Source of the DNA: Desulfobacterales bacterium
GTDB lineage: Bacteria; Desulfobacterota; Desulfobacteria; Desulfobacterales; Desulfococcaceae
DNA: 64,000 nt
NCBI GenBank assembly: GCA_041390465.1
Contig: JAWKPW010000001.1
Coordinates: forward strand, 26,225-90,224
Direction of reading: 5' to 3'
The position numbers and the translations under genes were made by a program. The notes beneath the pieces were generated by a model that did not search any database, was not told the origin of the DNA, and worked only from the letters and a program-made list of their open reading frames with translations. Positions 39,399-48,440 of the stretch are shown in pieces. Numbering within the stretch: the first letter of the stretch is position 1; each line of letters begins with the position of its first letter.

Positions 39399-39652
39399 CG
39401 AACAATATTTATGATGTTATTGACTTTTTCTGATTTCTGTGGAATGAATAAACAGACGTATTGTCATACTGCCGGCACAAAGGGCTCCTTTTTGTTTTTT
39501 TGTGCATAATCATCTTGGGTGATTTCCGGAAAGGAACATTCCCCGGATTTGACAGCTTTTCCATATGTTGTCAAATCTTTCAGGTGACTGAACCGGGACA
39601 TTCATTTTCAGAACGCACCTGAACAACAGCAAATTTTTTGGGAGATTCAAAA

Positions 39653-40153
39653 ATGGCGGAATTTGAGCATCCTCATCATGAAGACATCAGCGAAGAAATG
39701 TGGCACAAAATTGACAGCATTATTGCGGAACATGCGGGACTGCCCGGTTCCATCATCGCGGTGCTGCGGAAAAGCCAGAATGTTGTCGGCTATCTGCCGA
39801 CAGAACTGATGGATTATATCAGTCTGGGCATGAATCTGCCCCGCAGCGATGTCTTCGGGGTGGCATCCTTTTATGCCCTTTTTTCCATGAAACCCAAGGG
39901 CAGGAACACGGTCAGGGTTTGCACGGGGACAGCCTGCTATGTGAAAGGCATCAAGGAGGTAATCAGCCGCATCAGCAACAAATATGACATGGCTGAGGGA
40001 TGCACCACAGCGGATCGCTGTTTTTCTCTGGAATCGGTCAGATGTCTGGGTGCGTGCGGTCTGGCTCCGGTAATGGTCATCGGAGAGGATGTTTACGGCG
40101 CTGTCAAACCGGATACCGTACTGGACATCCTGGCCCGGTATGAAACCCCATAA
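39653..40153 (+). CDS. NuoE/HndA-like thioredoxin-fold [2Fe-2S] protein (24-kDa subunit family)
   Basis: 166 aa. Four Cys in 'CTGTACYVKG...CLGACGLAPV' spacing typical of NuoE/HydC. Confidence 0.8.
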   Translation: MAEFEHPHHEDISEEMWHKIDSIIAEHAGLPGSIIAVLRKSQNVVGYLPTELMDYISLGMNLPRSDVFGVASFYALFSMKPKGRNTVRVCTGTACYVKGIKEVISRISNKYDMAEGCTTADRCFSLESVRCLGACGLAPVMVIGEDVYGAVKPDTVLDILARYETP

Positions 40154-40174
40154 TCTGAAAACTGGCAGTATCTT

Positions 40175-40528
40175 ATGAAACTATCTGAGGTTAGGGATAT
40201 TTTGCGTGCGGAAGTCCTGACAGGGGAGGAACTCATGGACAGATCCGTTTTTGGCGGAGGCGGCGCGGATCTGATGGAAGATATTCTGGCAACCGTGGCA
40301 AAAGGGGCCGCCCTGCTGACCGGTGTGACCACAGAACAGGTCATCCGCACCGCCAGAATTGCCGAAGTCGGAGCGGTCATATTTGTCAGGGGAAAAAAAC
40401 CCGGGCAGAAAGTCATTGATATGGCAAAATCCTATAACCTGCCGGTAATGCTGACAGAGTATTCCATGTTCGTGGCAAGCGGACGCCTGTACATGAACGG
40501 TCTCAGGGGACTGGACGGTTCATGGTAG
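40175..40528 (+). CDS. DRTGG domain protein
   Basis: 117 aa, paralogous to the next gene. DRTGG-type fold is commonly encoded in [FeFe]-hydrogenase regulatory gene clusters. Confidence 0.65.
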   Translation: MKLSEVRDILRAEVLTGEELMDRSVFGGGGADLMEDILATVAKGAALLTGVTTEQVIRTARIAEVGAVIFVRGKKPGQKVIDMAKSYNLPVMLTEYSMFVASGRLYMNGLRGLDGSW

Positions 40529-40609
40529 TTCAGGCCCCGGCTGCGGAACCTTGCGTTTTTTTTGCTTCCCGGCATACCTGAATCCGGAATTCCTTACATG
40601 GCATAAACG

Positions 40610-40963
40610 ATGAAATTATATGAAATACAGCAGGCTGTGGATGCCTGTGTTCTGAGCGGGGAAGAACAGTTGGACAGGGACATCCGCACTGCGGGTGCCA
40701 GTGATCTGATGAGTGACATTCTGGCCGGAGTTGCAGAAGGATGTGTGTTCCTTACCGGGCTTGCCACTGTGCAGACCATCCGCACAGCAGTGGTATCGGG
40801 CGTGAGCGCAGTGGTTTTTGTGCGCAACAAAATCCCCCCGCAGGAAGTCATTGACATGGCAAAAGCGGAAGGCATTCCGCTTTTATCCAGTCCCTGTTCC
40901 ATGTTTGTCTCCTGCGGCAGGCTTCATGCTTTGGGACTGACCGGATTGAACGGAGCCAGATGA
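40610..40963 (+). CDS. DRTGG domain protein (paralog)
   Basis: 117 aa, ~45% identical to the 40175 product. Confidence 0.65.
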   Translation: MKLYEIQQAVDACVLSGEEQLDRDIRTAGASDLMSDILAGVAEGCVFLTGLATVQTIRTAVVSGVSAVVFVRNKIPPQEVIDMAKAEGIPLLSSPCSMFVSCGRLHALGLTGLNGAR

Positions 40964-40964
40964 T

Positions 40965-41405
40965 ATGGGTGAGGCAATCCTGCACAAAGTTTTTCCCATC
41001 AACAAAAAAGATTTTGTCCACGCGGGCGAGGCCTCCATCCATGCCAAAAATCTGCTCAAAGCCCTGAATATGGATCCCGGACTGATCCGCCGCTCTGCCA
41101 TCTGCGGTTATGAGGGCGAAATGAATGTGGTCATGCACGGCGGAGAGGGGGTTCTGGCCATCCGCATTGAGAAAGATCGGATTGTTTTGGAACTTTCAGA
41201 CAATGGGCCGGGCATTCCGGATATTGAACTTGCCCTGCAGGAAGGATATTCCACAGCATCCGATGAATTCCGGGAAATGGGCTTTGGCGCGGGCATGGGA
41301 CTGCCGAACATGAAAAAAAATGCGGATGAATTTGAACTTTCCTCCCGTGTGGGAGAAGGAACACAGGTGCGCATGGCATTTTTCCTGAAAAGCAAAGGAG
41401 GATAA
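40965..41405 (+). CDS. Histidine-kinase-like ATPase (anti-sigma-factor/RsbW-type HATPase_c_2)
   Basis: 146 aa. 'LELSDNGPGIPD...GFGAGMGLPN' Bergerat-fold G-boxes without a HisKA domain. Confidence 0.7.
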   Translation: MGEAILHKVFPINKKDFVHAGEASIHAKNLLKALNMDPGLIRRSAICGYEGEMNVVMHGGEGVLAIRIEKDRIVLELSDNGPGIPDIELALQEGYSTASDEFREMGFGAGMGLPNMKKNADEFELSSRVGEGTQVRMAFFLKSKGG

Positions 41406-41407
41406 AG

Positions 41408-42724
41408 GTGGACAATCTCACGGCTCCCCGGTATGTGCGTTTTGATGACAATCTCTGCACAGCCTGCTGTGACTGTGTGCGGATATGTCCCACCCATGCG
41501 CTGCGCATACGGAAAGGCCGGCCGGTTCTCATGCCTGATCAGTGCATTGGGTGCGGGGAATGCATCCGAATCTGTTCCGCGGGCGCTGTGTCCGCATCCA
41601 CCTGTGAACTGAAACCCTTTGCTGATGATCAGATTTCTGTTGCCATGGTTTCTCCGGTTCTCTATTCCCAGTTTCCCGGAGTTCCGCCTGAAACTGTGCT
41701 GCAGGGCATCCGGCGGCTGGGATTTACGCATACGGTGGATATGTCCTATTTTCTGGAAATGTTCCAGTTTGCCACTGAAGACTTCATCCGGCGCAACCGC
41801 AAAGAGGAAAAGGCCCCCTGGCCGCTCATTTCTCCGATCTGTCCGGTGGTGGTGCGGCTGATTGCCTATAAATATCCAAGCCTTCTTTCCCATGTCCTTC
41901 CGGTTTCCAGACCCGTTACCCTCATGGCCGGAGAAATCAACCGTCTGCTTACGCAGCGGTATGAAACAGCCCGGCATCCCTTTCATCTCTATTATATTGT
42001 TCCCTGTCCCACAAAAATGGAACCCAGCCGGGTGTCTTTTCTCAAAAACCGTTCCTATGCGGTCAGGGCTCTGGGCTTCAATGATATTTTCGGGGAACTG
42101 ACCCGGGAAATCCAGAAAGGAGGACAGCCCCCCCTTCCCCCCGATCTTTTTGACAGTTACGGAGCCACCGTAAGCAGTCTGATCTGGGGAATCTCCGGAG
42201 GGGAGATCGCGGATCTCCAGATTGATCACACCCTGGCTGTTTCCGGTCTGAAGGAAACCATGTCCTATCTGGAAAAAATTGAAATGGGAATGTTCCGGGA
42301 CATGGAATACATTGAATTCAGAACCTGCCGCGAGGGATGCGTGGGCGGCATTCTGACAGCCATTGACCGGTATCTGGCCAAAAGGGATGTGCAGAAAACC
42401 ATTCTTCAGAACGGCATTGAAAGACGGGTTTCCCGCAGTGAGTTTCTGCGTTTTTATCAGGAAGGCTGTTTTGTCAAAAAGGCCAGTCCAGCGGCCATGC
42501 GACAGATTTTCGGAATTCACCGGGAACCCCTGTCTTTGGAAAAAATGGCGGAAATCTACACCATCATGAGCCATATCAGGGGAAAAAACTGTGCTGCCTG
42601 CGGCGCACCGGACTGCCGGACCTTTGCCGAGGATGTGGTCAGGGGAAAGGCTTCTTTGGAAGACTGTCTGGAACTGCGCGCGCGCGGGGAAAAATTTTCC
42701 CCTCCTTCTGCTGACGCACTCTGA
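41408..42724 (+). CDS. Putative sensory [FeFe]-hydrogenase-like protein (HydS-like): 2x[4Fe-4S] ferredoxin domain, divergent H-cluster domain, C-terminal Cx2Cx4Cx16C motif
   Basis: GTG start with RBS AAAGGAGGA. N-terminal 'CTACCDCVRICP...CIGCGECIRIC'. H-domain motifs degenerate relative to catalytic HydA: L1 'SPICPVV' (single Cys instead of TSCCP), L2 'VPCPTKME', L3 'EFRTCREGCVGG'. C-terminus 'CAACGAPDCRTFAEDVVRGKASLEDC' = Cx2Cx4Cx16C. Confidence 0.7.
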   Translation: MDNLTAPRYVRFDDNLCTACCDCVRICPTHALRIRKGRPVLMPDQCIGCGECIRICSAGAVSASTCELKPFADDQISVAMVSPVLYSQFPGVPPETVLQGIRRLGFTHTVDMSYFLEMFQFATEDFIRRNRKEEKAPWPLISPICPVVVRLIAYKYPSLLSHVLPVSRPVTLMAGEINRLLTQRYETARHPFHLYYIVPCPTKMEPSRVSFLKNRSYAVRALGFNDIFGELTREIQKGGQPPLPPDLFDSYGATVSSLIWGISGGEIADLQIDHTLAVSGLKETMSYLEKIEMGMFRDMEYIEFRTCREGCVGGILTAIDRYLAKRDVQKTILQNGIERRVSRSEFLRFYQEGCFVKKASPAAMRQIFGIHREPLSLEKMAEIYTIMSHIRGKNCAACGAPDCRTFAEDVVRGKASLEDCLELRARGEKFSPPSADAL

Positions 42725-42787
42725 AAAAACGGCAGATATGAAACGCATTCTCACCTGCGGAAACTCTTCAGGAGAACAGAATCAGCA

Positions 42788-43207
42788 ATGAGCCCTTCTT
42801 TAAATCACAGTTATCTTTGCAAACGAATCATTGTGGAGATGGAACGGTCAGGAAAATGGGAAGCATGGCCGGAGCTTACTCTGGATATTGAGGGCGGGCT
42901 TGTGCCGGATATAGCGATCTATGAAAGCGGTGTGCTGAAACCGGATTTCAGACAGGACAGAATCCGGTGTGAAACTCTTCCTTTGGCAGTTGTGGAAATT
43001 GTGTCCCCCGGTCAGTCCATACATGATCTGATGATCAAAGCGGACAAATTTATCCGCGCGGGAATTCCCGCAGTCTGGACAGTGGAACCTTACGGCGCTG
43101 TCATCTATGTTTCCGAAAAAGAAGAAAGAAGGATCGTTGTGGCAGATGTGGTGAAAACCGGGGATATTGAACTGGATTTTTCAAAAATCTTCCCCCGGAG
43201 GCAATGA
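42788..43207 (+). CDS. Uma2-family (DUF820) putative endonuclease
   Basis: 139 aa. 'PDIAIYE...VVEIVSPGQ...' PD-(D/E)xK-like Uma2 pattern. Alternative start at 42836. Confidence 0.6.
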   Translation: MSPSLNHSYLCKRIIVEMERSGKWEAWPELTLDIEGGLVPDIAIYESGVLKPDFRQDRIRCETLPLAVVEIVSPGQSIHDLMIKADKFIRAGIPAVWTVEPYGAVIYVSEKEERRIVVADVVKTGDIELDFSKIFPRRQ

Positions 43208-43230
43208 CCGGAAGCAGTCATCTGATGCGT

Positions 43231-45228
43231 TCAGATTCGCAAGTCCCGCACCTGTGAACGAAACTGCCGCAGCATCTCCCGGTTTCCTTCTTCTCCGTAG
43301 CGCATCCGGATATACAGCCCAGTAATATCCGAAATTTCCTTTTTCAGATCCGGCAGTGCTGCCATTGCAGTCTTCGCATAATCAGCCGGCCCCATTTCCG
43401 GCCTCCGGGGAACACCTTTTCTTTCCAGTTTTCTGCAAAATTCTGCATACACATCCCGTACAGGGTCTCTTTTGGGAGCGGCTTTGTGCCGCATACGCAG
43501 GAAAAACAGAAAAAACACCACAGCAATAAGTCCCGTAATCAGCAGAGCGGTTTTGAGAATCCACTTCCCCCCCTCCACCCGGATGCCCAGTTTCGCGAGC
43601 AGACCGGTCTGATCCTGAAGGGAGTAGGCCATAATCCACAGATTCCAGTAAGCATTCACCATATCCCAGCCAAATCTCATATTGGTCAGAAGACTTCCCA
43701 TCCACCCGGTTTTGGGCATGGAAAAGAAACGGAAAAGATCATTGGCGGAAAGAGCATCCTCCAGGCGTCCTTCCACTCTCTCCGGAGCGACAACGGCTGT
43801 GGGATCTGTGCGTGTCCATCCTTTTCCGGAAAACCAGACCTCTGCCCAGGCATGGGCATGGGCCTGACGGACAATCAGATACCCCCCATAGGGATTGATT
43901 TCACCGCCCTGATATCCGGCCACCACACGCGCGGGTATGCCTGCGGCACGCATGAGAAAGACAAAAGCCGAGGCATAATGTTCACAGTAGCCTCTGCGGG
44001 TTTCGAAAAGAAAATCATCCACCGGCTGCGTGCCCAGCAGAGGCGGTTCCAGGGTGTAAACAAATCCCTTTTCCCGGAAATGCCGAAGCGCTGTTTTCAC
44101 GATTTCTTCCGGTCCCATGCCGGATGCTGCCCAGGTTTGGGCCATTGCTGCGGATCGGGGATTGCTTCCCGGAGGCAGTTCCGCAACCCGTCTTTCCCAT
44201 TTTTCCATAGGGCCCGTATCATAGGAAGTATAGGAAGTCATTTGGTAAAGTTTCCGCTCCCCCACAGGACGGTGCGCCATGAGGGTGAAATCACTGAGCA
44301 TATATCCTCCTGCCGGTTTTGTGCCCGGCATATCCAGAGCAAAGAGCCAGCGGTCATTGTGGGGTTCCAGCGTGAGGGTGTAATTCACAGGATTTTCCGC
44401 TCGGAGCAGGGAACTGCTCGCAGGAAGTCTGATTCCTCTTGTCCATTCCCGGCCATCAAAGAGCGTGAAAACAATGCCCCGCCAGTAAAGCTGGTCCTGG
44501 GGAGGAACCGGGCCCTCAAATGTGACCCGGAACGCAATGGCATCATTTTGTGCCAGAGAGGAAAGTCTTCCGGGGGACATTTTGTCTGAAAAACCGGATC
44601 TGCCGGTGCGCTGGGCAATCCCCAGAATATTCCCCTGTATGCGGGGAAAGAGGAAGAAAAGGATGAGCATCACCGGAATGGCCTGCAGCATGATCACAGA
44701 AGCCAGACGGAATTTCTGTTTAACGGAACCCGCAGGATGCTGGAGATGAATCAGCACCGCAGTGGTAAGCAGAACTGATCCGAACATATAAAGGGTCATC
44801 CCCAGTTCATCGCTGTAGAAAAGGTTGGTGATGACCATGAAATAGGCCAGAAACAGGCTGATCATGTAATCCCGGTAACAGCGGGACTCCAGAGGCTTGA
44901 GTCCTGCCATGACCGAAAGAAGGGCCACATACGCGTCCGTGTGCAGCGCTCCTCCGAAGGAAAGCAGGGCTCCGCCGAATCCGGCAATGGCCAGAAAAGC
45001 GGTGAAATAGGTGTTCAGGACAGGCCGCGCTTTTCCGGATGCCCTCCAGATGAAGCCCCAGAGTCCGAGACACCAGAAAATGACCCACAGATGCAGGTTG
45101 TTCACATGGGGAATGGTTGCTGCGAACAGAGCCAGAAGAATGGGACGAAGCTGTCTGCCATAGATTGGGGATTTTTTCTTTTCTGCCAGATTTGTGTTCA
45201 GTATCTGCTCCTTTTCCGGCATATGCAA
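43231..45228 (-). CDS. Transglutaminase-like membrane protein (TgpA-type: N-terminal multi-TM, transglutaminase core, DUF4129-like tail)
   Basis: 665 aa. Six N-terminal TM helices. Core 'RRGYCEHYASAFVFLMRAAGIPARVVAGY...' with Cys-His-Asp triad residues. Confidence 0.8.
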   Translation of the reverse strand: MHMPEKEQILNTNLAEKKKSPIYGRQLRPILLALFAATIPHVNNLHLWVIFWCLGLWGFIWRASGKARPVLNTYFTAFLAIAGFGGALLSFGGALHTDAYVALLSVMAGLKPLESRCYRDYMISLFLAYFMVITNLFYSDELGMTLYMFGSVLLTTAVLIHLQHPAGSVKQKFRLASVIMLQAIPVMLILFFLFPRIQGNILGIAQRTGRSGFSDKMSPGRLSSLAQNDAIAFRVTFEGPVPPQDQLYWRGIVFTLFDGREWTRGIRLPASSSLLRAENPVNYTLTLEPHNDRWLFALDMPGTKPAGGYMLSDFTLMAHRPVGERKLYQMTSYTSYDTGPMEKWERRVAELPPGSNPRSAAMAQTWAASGMGPEEIVKTALRHFREKGFVYTLEPPLLGTQPVDDFLFETRRGYCEHYASAFVFLMRAAGIPARVVAGYQGGEINPYGGYLIVRQAHAHAWAEVWFSGKGWTRTDPTAVVAPERVEGRLEDALSANDLFRFFSMPKTGWMGSLLTNMRFGWDMVNAYWNLWIMAYSLQDQTGLLAKLGIRVEGGKWILKTALLITGLIAVVFFLFFLRMRHKAAPKRDPVRDVYAEFCRKLERKGVPRRPEMGPADYAKTAMAALPDLKKEISDITGLYIRMRYGEEGNREMLRQFRSQVRDLRI

Positions 45229-45411
45229 TGCCAGCCGCCATTAAAACCATGCTTTTGAAAAAAACAGTTTTCTGCAATCAGACAGAAAAAAGTGACGGCA
45301 TTGCACAGGGTCAATGGGGAGTTGCATCACACACAGATCATGGGACAAAACATGGGCCGGATAATCTCATACCGATTCACCGTTGATTTTATGCCGCAGG
45401 TGCTCGTCAGT

Positions 45412-45501
45412 TTTTTTGTGACCTTTGTGCCCTCTCTGTGTCTCGGCGGTAAAACAAACCTGACAGAAAGCATGGTTTCAATGGGGAATCGGTATTATAT
45501 C
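45412..45501. repeat. Dispersed intergenic repeat: module C (TGTGACCTTTGTGCCCTCT) plus module B (AAGCATGGTTTCAA-GGGAATCGGTATTAT)
   Basis: Near-identical C+B arrangement recurs at 59822-59907. Module C occurs in reverse at 57835-57866 and 46130-46168/46320-46375. Confidence 0.7.
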
Positions 45502-46067
45502 CCCAATTCCTCTGCGATTTCAGACATGGCTGCCAGACTCAGGTTTACAAATTCATTCAGGGGAAGGCCGATTTTCTCGCATTCCATGATCCGCTCCCGG
45601 CTTACGGCTCTGGCAAAATGCGGGGTTTTCATCCGCTTGGTAACGGATTTGGTCTGAACACTTGCAATTTTTTTGTCCGGATATACGAGGAGCCGTGGCC
45701 ACAATCAGGCCGAGATGCTTCCTGCGCAGGTAAGCGCATGCCCGTGTAAGTGTGGTGCTGTCCTTCCAGCCCCAGCCCTTCGGCATTGTGCTTGCGAATC
45801 GCGTTGAGGATTTCCGGGCAGATGCCTTTTTCCTCCAGCAGTTTTGCGCCCACCTCGCCGTGCTGTGCGGAATCCTCGCCCGTAATTTCATAATCAATGT
45901 CATGGAGCAGACCCGAAAGTCCCCATATGTCCGGATTTTCTCCAAAATGCCCGGCCAGTTTTCGCATAATGGCCTCGGAAGCCAGACATGTGCCACCAGT
46001 CTTTCGTTTTTCAGATGTTCTTCAGCAGCTTTCAGAGATCCTCCCGGTTGATTCGATGTGCGCTCAT
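45495..46067 (-). pseudogene. HD-domain (HDIG/YqeK-like) phosphohydrolase gene disrupted by at least three frameshifts
   Basis: The reading frame must switch at least three times to follow 'MSAHRINREDL | KAAEEHLKNERLVAHV | LASEAIMRKLAGHFGENPDIWGLSGLLHDIDYEITG...HNAEGLGLEG | ...VTKRMKTPHFARAVSRERIMECEKIGLPLNEF'. The 'LLHDIDY' HD motif is intact. Confidence 0.6.
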
Positions 46068-46129
46068 GAAGAATCTTGCTGTTTTATGTTTTTTTAACGT
46101 ATTGTTTTATGAAGTTTATTCTGATGGAT

Positions 46130-46460
46130 TTTAACCACAAAGGGCACAAAAAAACTGTATCCGTCAGTTTTATTTGACAAAGCAGCAGTGCTTTGTCAAC
46201 TTTGATTTTATGTGCCGAAGTGCAGAAAAAAACCGGATTTTTTGAAAAAATCCGGTTTTTTCAGCTCACAGATTCAGGACTGACAAAACAGCAGTGCTTT
46301 GTCAAATTTTTTCTCACGGATTTCAACCACAAAGGGCACAAACACGGCACAAAGGGCACAAAAAACTGTATCCGTCAGTTCTTTTTGACAAAGCAGCAGA
46401 TCAACAGAACTTTTCAGAAAAAACCGGATTTTTTGAAATAATCCGGTTTTTCTGTTCATC
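46130..46460. repeat. Composite repeat region: two copies of module C (reverse) plus 'TTGACAAAGCAGCAGTGCTTTGTCAA' palindromes and two copies of a 35-bp perfect AT-flanked palindrome
   Basis: 46130-46168 and 46320-46375 share 'AACCACAAAGGGCACAAA..ACTGTATCCGTCAG'. Palindromes at 46174-46199 and 46278-46310. 'AAAAAACCGGATTTTTTGAAA(A/T)AATCCGGTTTTT' at 46225-46260 and 46417-46452. Confidence 0.7.
46417..46452 (-). terminator. Probable carA terminator (perfect palindrome AAAAAACCGGATTTTTT / AAAAAATCCGGTTTTT)
   Basis: About 40 nt downstream of the carA stop; T-tract follows on the minus strand. Confidence 0.5.
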
Positions 46461-46492
46461 CCAACACATAAAATCAAAGTTTGCGGAAAACC

Positions 46493-47647
46493 CTATGCAG
46501 CAGCCCGGAGCCGCCTTTCCCGCATCATTCGGGTAAAATCGTCAAACAGATACCGCGCATCGTGGGGGCCGGGCGAGGCTTCCGGATGATACTGCACGGA
46601 ACACAGGGGATATTTTTTGTGCCGAAGTCCTTCCAGGGTTCTGTCATTGAGATTCATGTGGGTCACTTCAATGTCATTCATGTTCAGGCTGTCTGTGTCC
46701 ACAGAAAAACCGTGATTCTGGGAGGTGATTTCAATCCGGCCGCTCCTCATGTTCTTCACCGGCTGATTCACGCCCCGGTGTCCGAATTTGAGTTTGTAGG
46801 TTTTTCCGCCCAAAGCAAGTCCCAGAATCTGCTGTCCCAGACAGATGCCGAACATGGGGCGGTAATCCAGCAGATTCCGTATGGTTTCAACAGCATAAGT
46901 GACAGGTTCCGGATCTCCGGGGCCGTTGGACAGAAAAATGCCTTCCGGGTCCATTGCCTTTGCCGCTTCCGCTGAGGTTCGGGCCGGTACGACAATGATT
47001 TCGCATCCCGCATTTGCCAGAGAGCGCAGGATATTGTATTTGATGCCAAAATCAAAGGCCAGAACAGAGAATTTCTCGCCCCGGTGCTTCCAACTGTTCT
47101 GATCCACTGGCCTTCCCGCCTCAAAATACACGGGTTTGTTTCCATCCCACCAATAGGCTCTTTCTGTTGTCACAGACTGCACCAGATCCTGACCTGCCAT
47201 GCCCGGAGTTTCCTTCACCCTTCTGAGAAGCGATGCCGGATCAAGGTCCTGTGTGGACATAAGCCCCCGCATAGCGCCAACATTTCTCAGATGCCGGGTC
47301 AGTGCACGGGTGTCGAGTTCCTCAATGCCCATCACACCGTAGCGTTTCAGATAATCGGCAAGGGTGGACACGGATCGGTAATTGCTGGGAAAAGGCTGAT
47401 ATTCCCGGATGATGAAGGCAGCCACCTGCACCCGGTCCGATTCCACATCTTCGGGATTGACCCCGTAATTTCCGATCAGAGGATAGGTCATGGTCACCAT
47501 CTGTCCCCGGTAGGAAGGATCCGTAAGCACTTCCTGATAACCGGTCATGCCGGTGTTGAACACCACCTCGCCCCAGGCTTCCCCGGGGCCGGTGAAGGAT
47601 TTGCAGGGAAAGATTCTTCCGTCTTCAAGTGCAAGCAATGCTTTCAT
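46493..47647 (-). CDS. carA: Carbamoyl-phosphate synthase small (glutamine amidotransferase) subunit
   Basis: 384 aa. CPSase small-chain N-domain, and GATase catalytic Cys in 'GICLGQQIL' plus the 'HGF' His-Glu motif. Confidence 0.95.
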   Translation of the reverse strand: MKALLALEDGRIFPCKSFTGPGEAWGEVVFNTGMTGYQEVLTDPSYRGQMVTMTYPLIGNYGVNPEDVESDRVQVAAFIIREYQPFPSNYRSVSTLADYLKRYGVMGIEELDTRALTRHLRNVGAMRGLMSTQDLDPASLLRRVKETPGMAGQDLVQSVTTERAYWWDGNKPVYFEAGRPVDQNSWKHRGEKFSVLAFDFGIKYNILRSLANAGCEIIVVPARTSAEAAKAMDPEGIFLSNGPGDPEPVTYAVETIRNLLDYRPMFGICLGQQILGLALGGKTYKLKFGHRGVNQPVKNMRSGRIEITSQNHGFSVDTDSLNMNDIEVTHMNLNDRTLEGLRHKKYPLCSVQYHPEASPGPHDARYLFDDFTRMMRERRLRAAA

Positions 47648-47890
47648 AATATTTTAATGCCTCTTTTCAGTTTTCAGTTGTCAGTCAATGCCGTTTCTTT
47701 AAGAAAATTATGGAGTGCCGAACTGAAAGTTTGGCAGTTTTTCCCCAATTGTTTCATCTCCCAAACTTTCAGTTTGGGACTCCCCCACCCTTAAAAAAAA
47801 CATCATTGAGTTGTCAGTTATCAGTGAGTTCCGTATCTGTTTTCCTGACATCTGAACACTGACACCTGTTCACTGATAACTGATAACTGT

Positions 47891-48256
47891 TCACTGACCA
47901 TACTGCATGATTTTTTCATATACCAAATCAGCAATTTTTTTTTCCAGATTCCGGCTGACCTGATAAAAGCGCCGGGCAATTTTCTCTTTGGAAAAAAAGC
48001 CGTCACTGATGAGAATTGGTGTGGCCTTGTATTTGCCTGGCCTGCCTTCTCCGTCATCCACACGGCTGTGCTGATAACCGGATTCTCTCTGCCAGGTCAG
48101 CGCATGCTGATTTTTGAGTCTGTCATAGCACAGTTGGAAACCGGATATTTCATTCCTGTCATCCATCCAGACAATCAGATCAAAATATTCATCCACAAAC
48201 CAGCGGCGAAAGGGTTCTCCCTCAATCTGCCTGACATTCAGTATTTCATATAACAT
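47891..48256 (-). CDS. Hypothetical protein (121 aa)
   Basis: Compact ORF with plausible globular composition; no family recognised. Confidence 0.45.
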   Translation of the reverse strand: MLYEILNVRQIEGEPFRRWFVDEYFDLIVWMDDRNEISGFQLCYDRLKNQHALTWQRESGYQHSRVDDGEGRPGKYKATPILISDGFFSKEKIARRFYQVSRNLEKKIADLVYEKIMQYGQ

Positions 48257-48440
48257 GTGCGGATAACCTTTGCCTGTTTTACTGTCTCACTTTGCGCACA
48301 GCGGTCATTCCGGCAAAAGCCGGTATCCAGCGCATCCTGATTTCACTGGATTCCGACTTATGCCGGAATGACGGTGAAGGAATATAATTTTTTGATTTAT
48401 TTAAAATTTGTATAAAATGAGTTACTGTATGTCCCAAATT

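Noticed and set aside
41108-42754. 548-aa minus-strand ORF
   Set aside because: Antisense to the HK-like ATPase and HydS-like genes, whose plus-strand frames carry clear Fe-S and ATPase motifs and strong RBSs.
43486-44589. 367-aa plus-strand ORF
   Set aside because: Antisense to the TgpA gene; shadow ORF.
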